From NCBI GenBank assembly GCA_963845785.1, contig CAWJTK010000014.1, forward strand, positions 100-64,099: a stretch of 64,000 nucleotides of DNA, in the 5' to 3' direction. The notes under the pieces are model-generated. The model had not been told where the DNA came from and made no database searches. It saw only the letters and a list, made by a program, of their open reading frames with translations. This document shows positions 28,354 through 37,931 of this stretch, piece by piece. The first letter of the stretch is position 1; each line of letters begins with the position of its first letter. The translations under genes and the position numbers were made by a program. This DNA comes from Terriglobia bacterium (GTDB lineage: Bacteria > Acidobacteriota > Terriglobia > Bryobacterales > Bryobacteraceae).

Positions 28354-31020
28354 TCAATCGTGACGCAGGGAAGCTGCGGGATCGACCCGGGCGGCGCGTA
28401 AGGCGGGCCCAAGACATGCCGCCAATGCCGCGAGCAAAAGCGCCGCAGTGAATCCGGCGCAGATGGCAGGATCGAGCGTGCTTATCCCGAACAACAGCGA
28501 AGCCACAATTGGCCGGAATGCGTACGCACCGGCGAGGCCGATCGCGCAGCCGATCATCCCGAGCGTCAGCCCCTCGCGAACGATCAGTTGAAGGATCTGG
28601 CCGGGCCGTGCGCCCTGTGTCAGGCGGACGCCGACTTCATGCGATCGCAGCGTCACCAGATAAGACATAACTCCGTAGACACCGACTGCGGCAATAAGGA
28701 GCGCAGCCATCGCGAAACATGCGATCCAGGCGGCGTTGAAGCGCCGGGATGCGAGGGAATCAGCAAGCCGCTGATCCATGGTCTTGACGTCGTACGCCGG
28801 CTGATCGGGATCGACTGATGCGACGAGCCTTGTGACGATTGAGGAGAGCGAAGCCGGATCGGATGCGGTGCGGACCAGGATTCCCATGCGCGCCAGGATG
28901 TTCTGGAAGCCGTTTTGAAAGTAGCATTGATAAATCCAGGGCTCGGTGTCGCGATCCAGTCCGTTCTGTCGAATATCGCCGACGACTCCTACTATTTCGA
29001 GCCAGACAGGATGGTCTGTTATCCCGACGGCAATTCGGTGGCCGACAGGATCCTCATCGGGGAAGAACAGCCGGCGGAATGTCTGGTTCACTACGATCGC
29101 TTGCGAAGAGCCGGGGCGATCTCGCGAGTCGAGCAGGCGGCCTTCGAGCAGCGGGATGGAAAGGGTTTTGAAGAAATCCGGACTGACCTCCATAAAGCTG
29201 GTTTGTGGCTCTCGCCCCTGCTGCGCGGCAGGACGATTCTCAATGCGAAATACGGCGGAGTTCGGCAGGTTGTCGCCGTTCAACGGAATGCTATTTGTCA
29301 CAGCGGCCGAGATTACGGCGGGGTTGGCGCGCAGCTTTTCCAGGACCTTTTCGTAGAATGCGACGTGGCGTGGATCTGAGGAATACGCGGGGCCGTCCAG
29401 ATTGACGCGGGCCGTCAGCACGCGGTCCGGTCGAAAGCCCGGATCGCTGTTGCGCAGCTTGAGAAAGCTCTTCGCCAGTAAGCCAGCTCCGAGCAGGAGC
29501 GTTAAAGACGCGGCAAGTTGCGCCACGACCAGCGCCTGGCGTAGTCGCCGCAAAGGCAGGCCGCCGGCATTTCGGCTCTCCTGCCGCAACATCTCCGAGG
29601 CGGAAGATCCCGGCGTGTGGAGGGCCGGCGCCAGACTAAAGACCAGACCGATCAGAAGACTGAGGGCAAATGTGAATCCGATCGTCGTGCTGTCGACCGA
29701 AATCTCCGGGAATCCGGCGAGAACGAGGGGACGATAAGAGTTAAGCACTGCGGCAACGACGCTCGCCAATGCAATTCCCATTGCGCCGCCCAACAGGGAT
29801 ACCAGAAGACTCTCGATCACAACCTGACTGACGATGCGCTTCCGGGGAGCGCCTAACGCGGCCCGGATCGCGATCTCCCGGCGGCGGCCGGAGGCGCGCG
29901 CGAGCATCAGGTTGGCTACATTGAAACACACGATTGCCAGCATCAACAGGACTGCTCCCGCGAGCATGAGAAGCGCGGGACGAATCTGGCTGGTCAGGCG
30001 CTGCTGGAGCGGCGTTGCGAAGATCCTCGTATCCGCACTTACGCCGTTAGCGTGGTATTCGTCTTCGACGATGTGCGTCAGGCGGTTTATTGTCTCTGAC
30101 ACTCGCGTCGCAGAGACGCCTTCTCTTGCGCGAGCGATAATTTTTGCAAGAACAAAGTTCTGGCGCTGCCGCTGCTCGATTTCATTCAGCCGGAACGGCA
30201 TCCACAGTTGAGTTCCCGTTGGAAAATCAAATCGTGCTGGCATGATCCCGATCACAACCGCCGGTTCCCGATCCAGCCGAATGGTCTTGCCGATGATGGC
30301 GGGATCACCGCCGAATTGGTGTTGCCACAGGCCATAGCTGAGCACGGCCGTCAGATTCGCTTTCGGGCGATCTTCATCCGTGCGAAAGGAACGGCCGCGG
30401 AGGGCCGGAATTCCGAACAGCGGGAAGAACGATGCGGTTACGCGCGAGGCTGTCAGTTGTTGCGGCCGCTGCGTCCCCGTCCAGTTTACGCCGGATGTGT
30501 CGAATGCGGCCATGCTGCTGAATGCTTTCGTCCGCTCCCGCATCGTGAAGTAATCCGCCGCGAGCTGGAACTCCTGCTTCACGCCGAATAGTTGCTCGCC
30601 GATCCAGTAAAGCTGCCGCGGTTGCGCGAATGGCAAGGGCCTCAGCAAGACCGCATTCACGATGCTGAACATGGTTGCGGCGCCGCAGATGCCCAACGCG
30701 ACGGTGAGGGCAGCCAGCGCCGTCCATGACGGAGTTCTGGCGAGGATGCGGACGGCATACCGGAGATCGCGGAGGAAATCTTCGACGAGGTTCAACCGGC
30801 GCATGTCGCGGCATTCCTCTTTTCGTTGTTCCAGTCCGCCGATGGCACGGAGGGCGGCGAGACGAGCTTCTTGCGGTGGGAGGCCCCGCGAAATTTCCAG
30901 CTCCATCTGCCGTTCGATATGAAACTGGAACTCCTCTTCCAGTTCCTGTTCCACGCGGCCTCGGACGCATAGCGTGCGAAGGCGGAGAAATAATCGTCGA
31001 AGCCAGCGATAGTCCGGCAT
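28354..31020 (-). CDS. ADOP-family (acidobacterial duplicated orphan permease) MacB/FtsX-like permease
   Basis: It is 888 aa, with the typical N-terminus RGRVEQELEEEFQFHIERQMELEISRGLPPQEARLAALRAIGGLEQRKEECRDMRR and two FtsX-type 4-TM modules. Confidence 0.88.
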   Translation of the reverse strand: MPDYRWLRRLFLRLRTLCVRGRVEQELEEEFQFHIERQMELEISRGLPPQEARLAALRAIGGLEQRKEECRDMRRLNLVEDFLRDLRYAVRILARTPSWTALAALTVALGICGAATMFSIVNAVLLRPLPFAQPRQLYWIGEQLFGVKQEFQLAADYFTMRERTKAFSSMAAFDTSGVNWTGTQRPQQLTASRVTASFFPLFGIPALRGRSFRTDEDRPKANLTAVLSYGLWQHQFGGDPAIIGKTIRLDREPAVVIGIMPARFDFPTGTQLWMPFRLNEIEQRQRQNFVLAKIIARAREGVSATRVSETINRLTHIVEDEYHANGVSADTRIFATPLQQRLTSQIRPALLMLAGAVLLMLAIVCFNVANLMLARASGRRREIAIRAALGAPRKRIVSQVVIESLLVSLLGGAMGIALASVVAAVLNSYRPLVLAGFPEISVDSTTIGFTFALSLLIGLVFSLAPALHTPGSSASEMLRQESRNAGGLPLRRLRQALVVAQLAASLTLLLGAGLLAKSFLKLRNSDPGFRPDRVLTARVNLDGPAYSSDPRHVAFYEKVLEKLRANPAVISAAVTNSIPLNGDNLPNSAVFRIENRPAAQQGREPQTSFMEVSPDFFKTLSIPLLEGRLLDSRDRPGSSQAIVVNQTFRRLFFPDEDPVGHRIAVGITDHPVWLEIVGVVGDIRQNGLDRDTEPWIYQCYFQNGFQNILARMGILVRTASDPASLSSIVTRLVASVDPDQPAYDVKTMDQRLADSLASRRFNAAWIACFAMAALLIAAVGVYGVMSYLVTLRSHEVGVRLTQGARPGQILQLIVREGLTLGMIGCAIGLAGAYAFRPIVASLLFGISTLDPAICAGFTAALLLAALAACLGPALRAARVDPAASLRHD

Positions 31021-31023
31021 GTC

Positions 31024-31410
31024 TTAGCCCTCTTCGAGCTCGGCCTTTGTCAGGCGCACGACCTGAGAAATTGCGCCGGCCAGCCTTTCCCAGTTGGCGA
31101 CCTCGCGGTCCAGCGCTTTGCGGCCCGAGCGGGTGAGAGAGTAGTATTTTGCACGCCGGCCGTTTTCCGTCACCTTCCACTCGGCTTTGATCCAGCCTTC
31201 CTGTTCCAGCTTGTGGAGCGAGGGATAAAGAGAGCCGTCGCTGACCTGGAGTACGTCTCCGGACGCCTGCTTCAAGCGCTGGCTTATCGCCCAGGCATGC
31301 AATGGCTCGAGCGCCAGGATCTTGAGCAGAAGAAGATCCAGAGTGCCCTGTACGAGATCGGCGGGTTTGCTCACGGATAGCTCTCGGTTACCGAGGTTAG
31401 CGTATCGCAT
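31024..31410 (-). CDS. PadR family transcriptional regulator (acidobacterial type, paired with ADOP permease)
   Basis: It carries LVQGTLDLLLLKILALEPLHAWAISQRLKQASGDVLQVSDGSLYPSLHKLEQEGWI. Its stop is 3 nt upstream of the permease start. A GTG at 31374 is a possible alternative start. Confidence 0.88.
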   Translation of the reverse strand: MRYANLGNRELSVSKPADLVQGTLDLLLLKILALEPLHAWAISQRLKQASGDVLQVSDGSLYPSLHKLEQEGWIKAEWKVTENGRRAKYYSLTRSGRKALDREVANWERLAGAISQVVRLTKAELEEG

Positions 31411-31480
31411 CTTCCCTCGGTAATCAAGGGAAAGTCCGGCGCCGCTGAATTCGCGCGGAAGCCCGCGTAGAATAGGGCAA

Positions 31481-31999
31481 ATGGCCCTGCGACCGCTGCT
31501 CTCCGAACAACAGATTCAGGCGCGCGTGCTGGAGATGGGGGCGCAGATTGACGCCGACTATCCGAGCGGCACCCTTTTTCTGATCTGCATTCTGAAAGGC
31601 GCCTGCTATTTTCTGGCGGATCTTTCGCGCGCCATCCGGCGGGACGCATTCATCGACTTTATGGGTATCTCGAGTTATGGCCGCGGCAAGACGAGTTCCG
31701 GTGAAGTCAAGATAACAAAAGATCTGGATATCTCTCTCGAAGGCGCCGATGTGCTTATCGTCGAAGACATCATCGACAGCGGACTGACGCTCAGTTACCT
31801 GACCAGTCTGCTGCAGCAGCGCAGACCCAAAAGCGTGCGCATCGCGACGCTGCTCGATAAGCCGGAGCGGCGCATTCGGCCGGTGGATGTGGCCTACGTC
31901 GGATTCAGCATTCCGGATGAGTTCGTGGTGGGATACGGGCTCGACTACGGAGAGAAGTACAGGAACCTGCGTGAGATCTGTATTCTGCAGCCGGAATAG
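31481..31999 (+). CDS. hpt: Hypoxanthine phosphoribosyltransferase
   Basis: It has the PRPP-binding motif VLIVEDIIDSGLTLSYL, plus ILKGACYFLADL and VGYGLDYGEKYRNL. Confidence 0.92.
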   Translation: MALRPLLSEQQIQARVLEMGAQIDADYPSGTLFLICILKGACYFLADLSRAIRRDAFIDFMGISSYGRGKTSSGEVKITKDLDISLEGADVLIVEDIIDSGLTLSYLTSLLQQRRPKSVRIATLLDKPERRIRPVDVAYVGFSIPDEFVVGYGLDYGEKYRNLREICILQPE

Positions 32000-32000
32000 C

Positions 32001-33572
32001 TCAGGACAGGCCGATTTTTGTTCTGAGCATACCGTCAAGACGCGTGCGCAGGATCTTCATCAGAAAGCGGAACGGATGATGCCGGAGTTCGAAGATCTCG
32101 CGATTTTTTCTTTCCAATTCGGCATTGAGTTGAAGCGCCCAAGCCGCTGCGCTCCTGTCCGCTTCGCTCTCCTTGACGAGTTCCAGGGCCCAGGCCGTGC
32201 GTTCTTCCAGTTCGCTTTCGAGACGTCGAGCCCATTTTGTTCTGTCGCCAAGCTCCCGCTGAAGCGCGTCTTGAGTTCGTAAAGCCCAGACCGTTCGTTC
32301 CTCCAGTTCTTCCTGAATGTGCCGGTTCCGAAGATTTGCCGCGGCCGCCCCCGCCTCAAGCCGCAGAGCCCACGCAGTTCGCTCTTCCAGTTCTTTCTCA
32401 AGATTCAAGGCCCAGTCGGTACGAGCGGATAGTTCCTGATCCAGCCGGTTACCCCACGCCAGGAGATCCTGCTCCCGCGCCTCGCTCCGCCCGAGGCGCA
32501 GGCATACGGCCCGGAGTTCCCGCTCGGCGTCATGAGGCCAGGAAACCCAGTCATAAGCCGGGGAAGAGAGAGAGGGAGTCTGCATCGTGTCATCTCCGGC
32601 GCGAAGGCAGAATTGCGGAGAAAGGTTGCCGGGCAAGACCGTCTCGCACGCATCGTTTTCGACAACGGCCAGCATGTGGGTTGGCGTCAGGAGTCCGGCC
32701 GCCAGGCCGGCTTCGTCGCGCGCCTGGACCCGATCGATGAAGGCCCGGTCCCATTCCGCCGCGGGATCGAAATGATGACCGAACGAGCGGTCGATAAAAG
32801 GATCGATGATATTTCCGAACGGCACGAACAGCCGGAAGTGGAAGTTTTGAAGGAGCAGAGGCAAAATATCCTGCGAGCGTACGCCTTCGAATCCCTCTGT
32901 GGAACAATCCCAATCCTGAAAGAGTTCTTCGTAACGGCCGGATCGCAGATTGAAGCGATAAGAAGGGGGCATCTGTCGCCACAAGTCATGGATGGCCTGG
33001 AGCGCTTCCGGCCAGCGCTGATGGCCGTTCCGCCCGATCATGTCCGAAATAATCAAGCAGCCGCCAGTTGCGAGCGATTTCTTCACCTGTTCGAAAAGGC
33101 CTTCGAGGTTAAGAATATGGTGCAGAGACTGATTGGCAATTACGGCATCGTATGCGTATGCCGGCTCCCAGTTATTGCAATCCGCCTCAACAAATTCGAG
33201 ATTCTTCGAAAGGCCGGCCCGCTCCGCGGCGAAACGCCCTCGGGCCAGCATGGAAGAGTTGAGGTCGAGGCAATCGATGGTGAAAGATTCGTGTCCGCGG
33301 ACGCGCAGCCGACGCGCGAGTTCGATTTCCAGGTCGCAGTTGCCTGAGCCGAGGCTGACAAACCGCGTGTGCCCACGCGAATCCTGCTCGCATCGTTCCG
33401 CGAGATATTTCAGGAACATTGCATCCGGGCTGTCAAACCCGAACGGAAGTAACTTCGGCCTTAAATGCTTCTCGCTCCAGTAATGAAAGATTGCCGGCAG
33501 ATTGTGTACATTGAGGCAATTCTCAAAGACGGACCGCTCCTTCGAAAGAGTTTCCTCGTAAGTGGCAGGCAT
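32001..33572 (-). CDS. Class I SAM-dependent methyltransferase with C-terminal repeat/coiled-coil extension
   Basis: It has methyltransferase motif I (FVSLGSGNCDLE) and DAVIANQSLHH. The C-terminal 160 aa or so carries 5-6 copies of EL(E/G)(E/D)RT.WA..L. Confidence 0.8.
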   Translation of the reverse strand: MPATYEETLSKERSVFENCLNVHNLPAIFHYWSEKHLRPKLLPFGFDSPDAMFLKYLAERCEQDSRGHTRFVSLGSGNCDLEIELARRLRVRGHESFTIDCLDLNSSMLARGRFAAERAGLSKNLEFVEADCNNWEPAYAYDAVIANQSLHHILNLEGLFEQVKKSLATGGCLIISDMIGRNGHQRWPEALQAIHDLWRQMPPSYRFNLRSGRYEELFQDWDCSTEGFEGVRSQDILPLLLQNFHFRLFVPFGNIIDPFIDRSFGHHFDPAAEWDRAFIDRVQARDEAGLAAGLLTPTHMLAVVENDACETVLPGNLSPQFCLRAGDDTMQTPSLSSPAYDWVSWPHDAERELRAVCLRLGRSEAREQDLLAWGNRLDQELSARTDWALNLEKELEERTAWALRLEAGAAAANLRNRHIQEELEERTVWALRTQDALQRELGDRTKWARRLESELEERTAWALELVKESEADRSAAAWALQLNAELERKNREIFELRHHPFRFLMKILRTRLDGMLRTKIGLS

Positions 33573-33632
33573 AACAGTCTAAGTTAAACAGCGGGCACGA
33601 TGCCGCGAGGATATCGTGCCCGCGTGACGCCG

Positions 33633-34757
33633 TCAACTCTTCTGAAGGTGTACGACGAGAGTTGCGAGGGTATTGGCGGCGGTATTCGCCTGACCCTGGG
33701 ATACATCCTGGAGGTAAAAGATCATTCCGTCGCTCACCCACGGACCCGTCATCATGGAACCGCTGTTCACGTTATCGGTGAGCAGCGTGCCATCGGGAGC
33801 GCCTACTCGAACCTGGATGATGCTGGACATAGGGGCATTCCAGCTTATATTTGTCTGTCCCAGGAAGGCGCTTCCGGTTACCGGTATAGGATTCGGATTG
33901 GCTGTCAGTGAGGGCGAATCCGACATCGCGGGAGTAGCGGAAGACGTGTTCAGCGTGCCGTTTACGCCGCTCGGGAAGAAGCCGCCGGAGGTTGCGTTAG
34001 CCGCTCCGCCGAAAGCGACATAGAGAACCTGTCCGGGTGTCCGGACTTCGGTCAGGGCACTCGCGTCGGTGGAGAAATACTGGGAGCCGGAAGGCGGCGG
34101 CACATGGTCCGCGCCGTCGAGGGCTGTGATCGGAACTCCGAGGCGCGCCACCGCAGCGCGGATATTCCCGGAATGTTCCGCTTCTACAGCCAGAATTCTG
34201 GCGGCATAGCCAAGAATGGCGCTGTTTTGAATCAGTGGAGCGGCGCCTCCGTACGCCGTCACGCCGATATCCTCGAAGGCCCGCGCCAGGGTTAGGAACT
34301 CGGCCTGGCTGCCAAACCCGACTCCGAGAGCATTGAGGTTGATAGCCGGTTCAGCGATCGCAGTACCGCCGAACTCCGCGATGGCTCCTTGCAGCAACTT
34401 AACGTGAGTGCGCTCGTCGTTTGCGAGCTCCATCGCTGTGGCGGCAACGTAGGTGTCCCCAAGGGTGACCTGAGCCCCGCCGGTGACCATTCCCTGCGTT
34501 CCGGATCCCGTGAGCGTGAACCCACCGTACTGGGCGAGTGTTTTCCCCGTGGTCACCACCGTGTAGAATTCTGCTTCGAGATACTCAAGATTCAAAGCAA
34601 AGTTGAGTATGTCCGCGTCCGTGATCGTAGTTTGCGCCATTCCCCTGTTAGTCGCGGCAGCGCCGACTACCGCTCCCGCGATTCCCAGCTTCTTGACGAA
34701 ACTTCGCCGGTTCGGCGATTGTGAGACTAACTTTTCGATAAGATTCTTTCCGGCCAT
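33633..34757 (-). CDS. Ferritin-like domain protein with Tat signal and extra C-terminal beta-rich domain
   Basis: It has the Tat motif NRRSFVKKLGIAGAVVGAAA and the ferritin-like signature DILNFALNLEYLEAEFY...ERTHVKLL...ILAVEAEHSG. Confidence 0.8.
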   Translation of the reverse strand: MAGKNLIEKLVSQSPNRRSFVKKLGIAGAVVGAAATNRGMAQTTITDADILNFALNLEYLEAEFYTVVTTGKTLAQYGGFTLTGSGTQGMVTGGAQVTLGDTYVAATAMELANDERTHVKLLQGAIAEFGGTAIAEPAINLNALGVGFGSQAEFLTLARAFEDIGVTAYGGAAPLIQNSAILGYAARILAVEAEHSGNIRAAVARLGVPITALDGADHVPPPSGSQYFSTDASALTEVRTPGQVLYVAFGGAANATSGGFFPSGVNGTLNTSSATPAMSDSPSLTANPNPIPVTGSAFLGQTNISWNAPMSSIIQVRVGAPDGTLLTDNVNSGSMMTGPWVSDGMIFYLQDVSQGQANTAANTLATLVVHLQKS

Positions 34758-34780
34758 TTATTTACGCACTTATCCTTTCC

Positions 34781-34844
34781 TAACTCCGCTCCCTGACTCC
34801 GCTCCCTAACTCTGCTCCCTAACTCTGCTCCCGACTCTGTTCCC
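34781..34844. repeat. Tandem array, 13-bp unit x5 (T[A/G]ACTC[C/T]GCTCCC), in the leader/promoter of the ferritin-like gene
   Basis: The units are at 34781, 34794, 34807 and 34820 (the last two identical), plus a 12-bp degenerate unit at 34833. The array lies 24-88 nt upstream of the ATG at 34757. The coding strand reads GGGAGC(G/A)GAGT(T/C)A. Confidence 0.85.
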
Positions 34845-35055
34845 TTGTTCCAGATGCGTTATCCAGTTGCCCGGCTTAAGCGTCTGTTGACGAGGGTACG
34901 GGATAAGTCAGCCGACGGATTTATCGGTTTGTACCTTCGGGTACGTTACAGGGGAGGCTACGGGATATCTGGATACATCCGGGCCGGCAATCATGCCGCG
35001 AACTTATGAAACGTTGATTTATTCCGACTTTAAAACCCGACTTTAAAGCCCGGCT

Positions 35056-35511
35056 TCAAAAGAGCGTTTGCTGGTCTGATGCAGGAGCACCCTTTTTCTT
35101 CCTCGTCCGCAACGGGCTTCCCACGACTCCCAGGATTTGTATGTTCTTCAAAGCCGAGCGGGGCACAAATACTCGCTGGTTATTGGAATCGGGTTCGGGC
35201 GGAGTAACTGTAAATCCAGCGACCTCCCAGGCCAGAAGGTTGTTGGGCAGGATGCCATCCAGAACTTCGCCGTCGCGAAATATCATCCGCACCCAGAGGC
35301 CTTCCAGTTTCGGCCGGGTCAGAAAAATGCGCCGGGATTCGGGTTCGGCTTCGAAATCCTTCACAAAGCAGACACTCTTTACCTCGTCGTAGGGGAGCAA
35401 AAGGAGCGATCCCTCGGGTGTCAGCAGTTCGATATTGGCGGGCTGCAGGTAACTGAATGGATTGACAAAACCGTTGAGGTTCGCGCGGTCGAACCGCCGG
35501 ACCACAACCAT
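35056..35511 (-). CDS. Hypothetical protein
   Basis: The likely start is MVVVRRFDRANLNGFVNPFSY at 35511, because the longer ORF would overlap the xerD leader. I recognise no motif. Confidence 0.55.
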   Translation of the reverse strand: MVVVRRFDRANLNGFVNPFSYLQPANIELLTPEGSLLLLPYDEVKSVCFVKDFEAEPESRRIFLTRPKLEGLWVRMIFRDGEVLDGILPNNLLAWEVAGFTVTPPEPDSNNQRVFVPRSALKNIQILGVVGSPLRTRKKKGAPASDQQTLF

Positions 35512-35648
35512 CTTCGCGGTGGAACTTGCCACGGTTTCAATCCCGCCGTGAGGGCCGGCGCGTTTTGGCCGGATCTGACGATTTACTCGGAATTGATCCA
35601 AACATTTTTGCGAGTATTGTATCATTGCACGAAAGGGTGAGCGATCCG

Positions 35649-36563
35649 ATGGCGGCAACGGAACGTGCGGCGGAGTCGAAGACCTCGGGGGCAATCCGGG
35701 AGTTTCTCACCTTTTGCCGCATGGAGAAGGGCTTGTCCCGGAACTCGCTCGACGCCTACAGCCATGATTTGTCCGATTTCCGGAGCTACACGGATCCGCT
35801 GACCGGCGGCGATTTTCCGGGCGCGGCGGTCCTGAAGGACTGGATCAACTATCTGTATCGGCAGGACCTGAGCAGCCGCTCGATCGCGCGACACCTCAGC
35901 TCGATCCGGGGCTTCTTCCATTTCCTCGTCGGTGAAGGTAGAGTCGCGGTCGACCCGACGGAGGATCTTTGCAGTCCGAAACAGTGGAGCACCCTCCCGA
36001 AGTTTCTGAACCGCGAGCAGATCGAAAAGCTGATCGCCGCCCCGGATTGCGCCAAACCCAGCGGAATGAGGGACCGGGCCATGCTGGAACTTTTGTACGC
36101 AACAGGCATCCGTGTAACTGAGTTGACACAATTACGAACGTCGAATCTGGACACAGGCCTCGGACTCATCAGGGTTACCGGCAAGGGCAACAAACAGCGA
36201 ATGGTACCAGTTCATGCCACCGCGTTGCGGGCGGTAGCCGATTACGCCTCGATGGGACGTCTGCAACTGCTCGGAGAGAGAGTCTCTCCCTACCTATTTG
36301 TGACCGCGCGGGGCGGCCCCATGACCCGGCAGGCGTTCTGGGCCTCCGTCAAAGCAAACGGGAAGAAAGCCGGCATTTTTCATAACCTGTCGCCACATGT
36401 GCTGAGGCATACGTTTGCGACGCATCTTCTGGATGGCGGGGCCGATCTGCGCAGCGTGCAGACCATGCTCGGCCATGCTGATCTTTCGACCACGGAAATC
36501 TATACGCACGTGGTTCGCTCGCGTCTGCGGGATACCCTGGACCGCCATCATCCCAGAGCCTGA
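35649..36563 (+). CDS. xerD: Site-specific tyrosine recombinase XerD-like
   Basis: The N-terminal SAM-like domain reads FLTFCRMEKGLSRNSLDAYSHDL. The catalytic region has ATGIRVTEL...HVLRHTFATHLL...LGHADLSTTEIYTHV. Confidence 0.85.
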   Translation: MAATERAAESKTSGAIREFLTFCRMEKGLSRNSLDAYSHDLSDFRSYTDPLTGGDFPGAAVLKDWINYLYRQDLSSRSIARHLSSIRGFFHFLVGEGRVAVDPTEDLCSPKQWSTLPKFLNREQIEKLIAAPDCAKPSGMRDRAMLELLYATGIRVTELTQLRTSNLDTGLGLIRVTGKGNKQRMVPVHATALRAVADYASMGRLQLLGERVSPYLFVTARGGPMTRQAFWASVKANGKKAGIFHNLSPHVLRHTFATHLLDGGADLRSVQTMLGHADLSTTEIYTHVVRSRLRDTLDRHHPRA

Positions 36564-36566
36564 GCG

Positions 36567-37883
36567 ATGAGCGACTACCTCTTCGTCCTCGAAAATCATC
36601 TGGATCCCGCCCAGAACAGAGTCGTCTCGGAGATTCAGAGGATTGCCACTCAAGCCGGGATGAACGTCTGGCTGACCGGCGGAGCGATGCGCGACACGCT
36701 GCGGGGCTCCCGAATTGTGGATCTGGATTTCACGGTGGAGCGCGAGGCGCTGAAGGCGGGCGAGTCGCTGGCCGCGGCGCTTGGCGGGACAATTCTGGAG
36801 CAGGACAGCCTGAAGCGCTGGGTGGAACTGGAGCTTCCCGGAGGCGTGCGCGCTTCCGTGGCTAACGCGCGCACCGAAAAGTATTCGAAAGCGGGCGGAA
36901 AACCGCAGATTTCGACAGCCACCATTCACGACGACCTGCTCCGGCGCGATTTCACCATCAACGCAATGGCGTTGTCGCTGAACCGCGGCTCCCGCGGCCT
37001 CCTCGTGGACCCCACGAACGGGCAAGCGGATCTGGAAAACCGGGAGTTGAGGGCTACGAATCCTTACGTGTTTTTCGACGATCCTTCGCGCATTTTCCGT
37101 TTGATCCGATTTCAGTATGTTCTCGGTTTCTCGATCGCTCCCCGCGCGCAACTGCAGCTTGAAAATGCGCTGATGGAAGGGTATCAGAATCAGGCTCCGG
37201 TGTCGGTTCTGGCGGCGGAGATTCGGGCGCTTTCGAGAAGTGAGAATGCCGTCGCGGGTCTGGAGGCTTTCGACCGATACGAGCTGCTGAAATTGATCTC
37301 ACCGGCGCTGACAGGTCCCGCGCTCAATGCCGCCGGGCTGGGGCGTCTCGAGCGGCTTGCGCACACGGTCCTGCCGGCGGAGATGGGCGGCGGATGGCTG
37401 GCGTTCCTGACTGTACTCACAGAGAAGCTGACCGCGAAGGACAAATCGGCGCTGCTGCGGACTCTCAACCTCCCGCATGGCGAAGCGGAGGAACTGGCAA
37501 AGCTCGAAGCCCAGGCGAAAAAGCTCGAGGCAGCGGTGAAATCGTCCCGCATCACCAGGCCGTCGCATGTATTTGAGGCTCTGCATCGGGCGAGCGCCGA
37601 CGAGGTTCTCATGGTGCTGTATGAATCGGGGCAGCGCATCGTGCAGGATCGAATTCGCGCTTACTTCTCGAAATATTTGCCGCTGTCGCAGGAAATTACG
37701 GAAGAGCAAGTGGCGGCGACGGGCGTGAAGCCGGGTACGCCGAAGTTCGAGAAGGCCCTTCAAAGCATGATTGCGGCGCACCTGAATGCCCGGCCGAAAA
37801 AGGTCGTGGAACCGGAAGCAGATGTTGCTGCGACGGCGCCCCCCACCGCGCCGATGGTCGTGCCGCGCGGCGCACGCAAGTAG
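36567..37883 (+). CDS. CCA tRNA nucleotidyltransferase / poly(A) polymerase family protein
   Basis: It has the nucleotidyltransferase head NVWLTGGAMRDTLRGSRIVDLDFTVE and RRDFTINAMAL. I saw no HD domain. Confidence 0.8.
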   Translation: MSDYLFVLENHLDPAQNRVVSEIQRIATQAGMNVWLTGGAMRDTLRGSRIVDLDFTVEREALKAGESLAAALGGTILEQDSLKRWVELELPGGVRASVANARTEKYSKAGGKPQISTATIHDDLLRRDFTINAMALSLNRGSRGLLVDPTNGQADLENRELRATNPYVFFDDPSRIFRLIRFQYVLGFSIAPRAQLQLENALMEGYQNQAPVSVLAAEIRALSRSENAVAGLEAFDRYELLKLISPALTGPALNAAGLGRLERLAHTVLPAEMGGGWLAFLTVLTEKLTAKDKSALLRTLNLPHGEAEELAKLEAQAKKLEAAVKSSRITRPSHVFEALHRASADEVLMVLYESGQRIVQDRIRAYFSKYLPLSQEITEEQVAATGVKPGTPKFEKALQSMIAAHLNARPKKVVEPEADVAATAPPTAPMVVPRGARK

Positions 37884-37931
37884 CTGCCGGGACGCGCGAT
37901 TACAAATCGGAGTTGCGATACACTGGGCCGC

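Noticed and set aside
34781-34844. Possible CRISPR array (also considered for 49096-49185 and the GQQ-coding repeats at 1925-3060)
   Set aside because: The units are only 13-15 bp and directly abut with no spacers. The other two candidates are in frame within coding sequence. No cas genes are present in the window.
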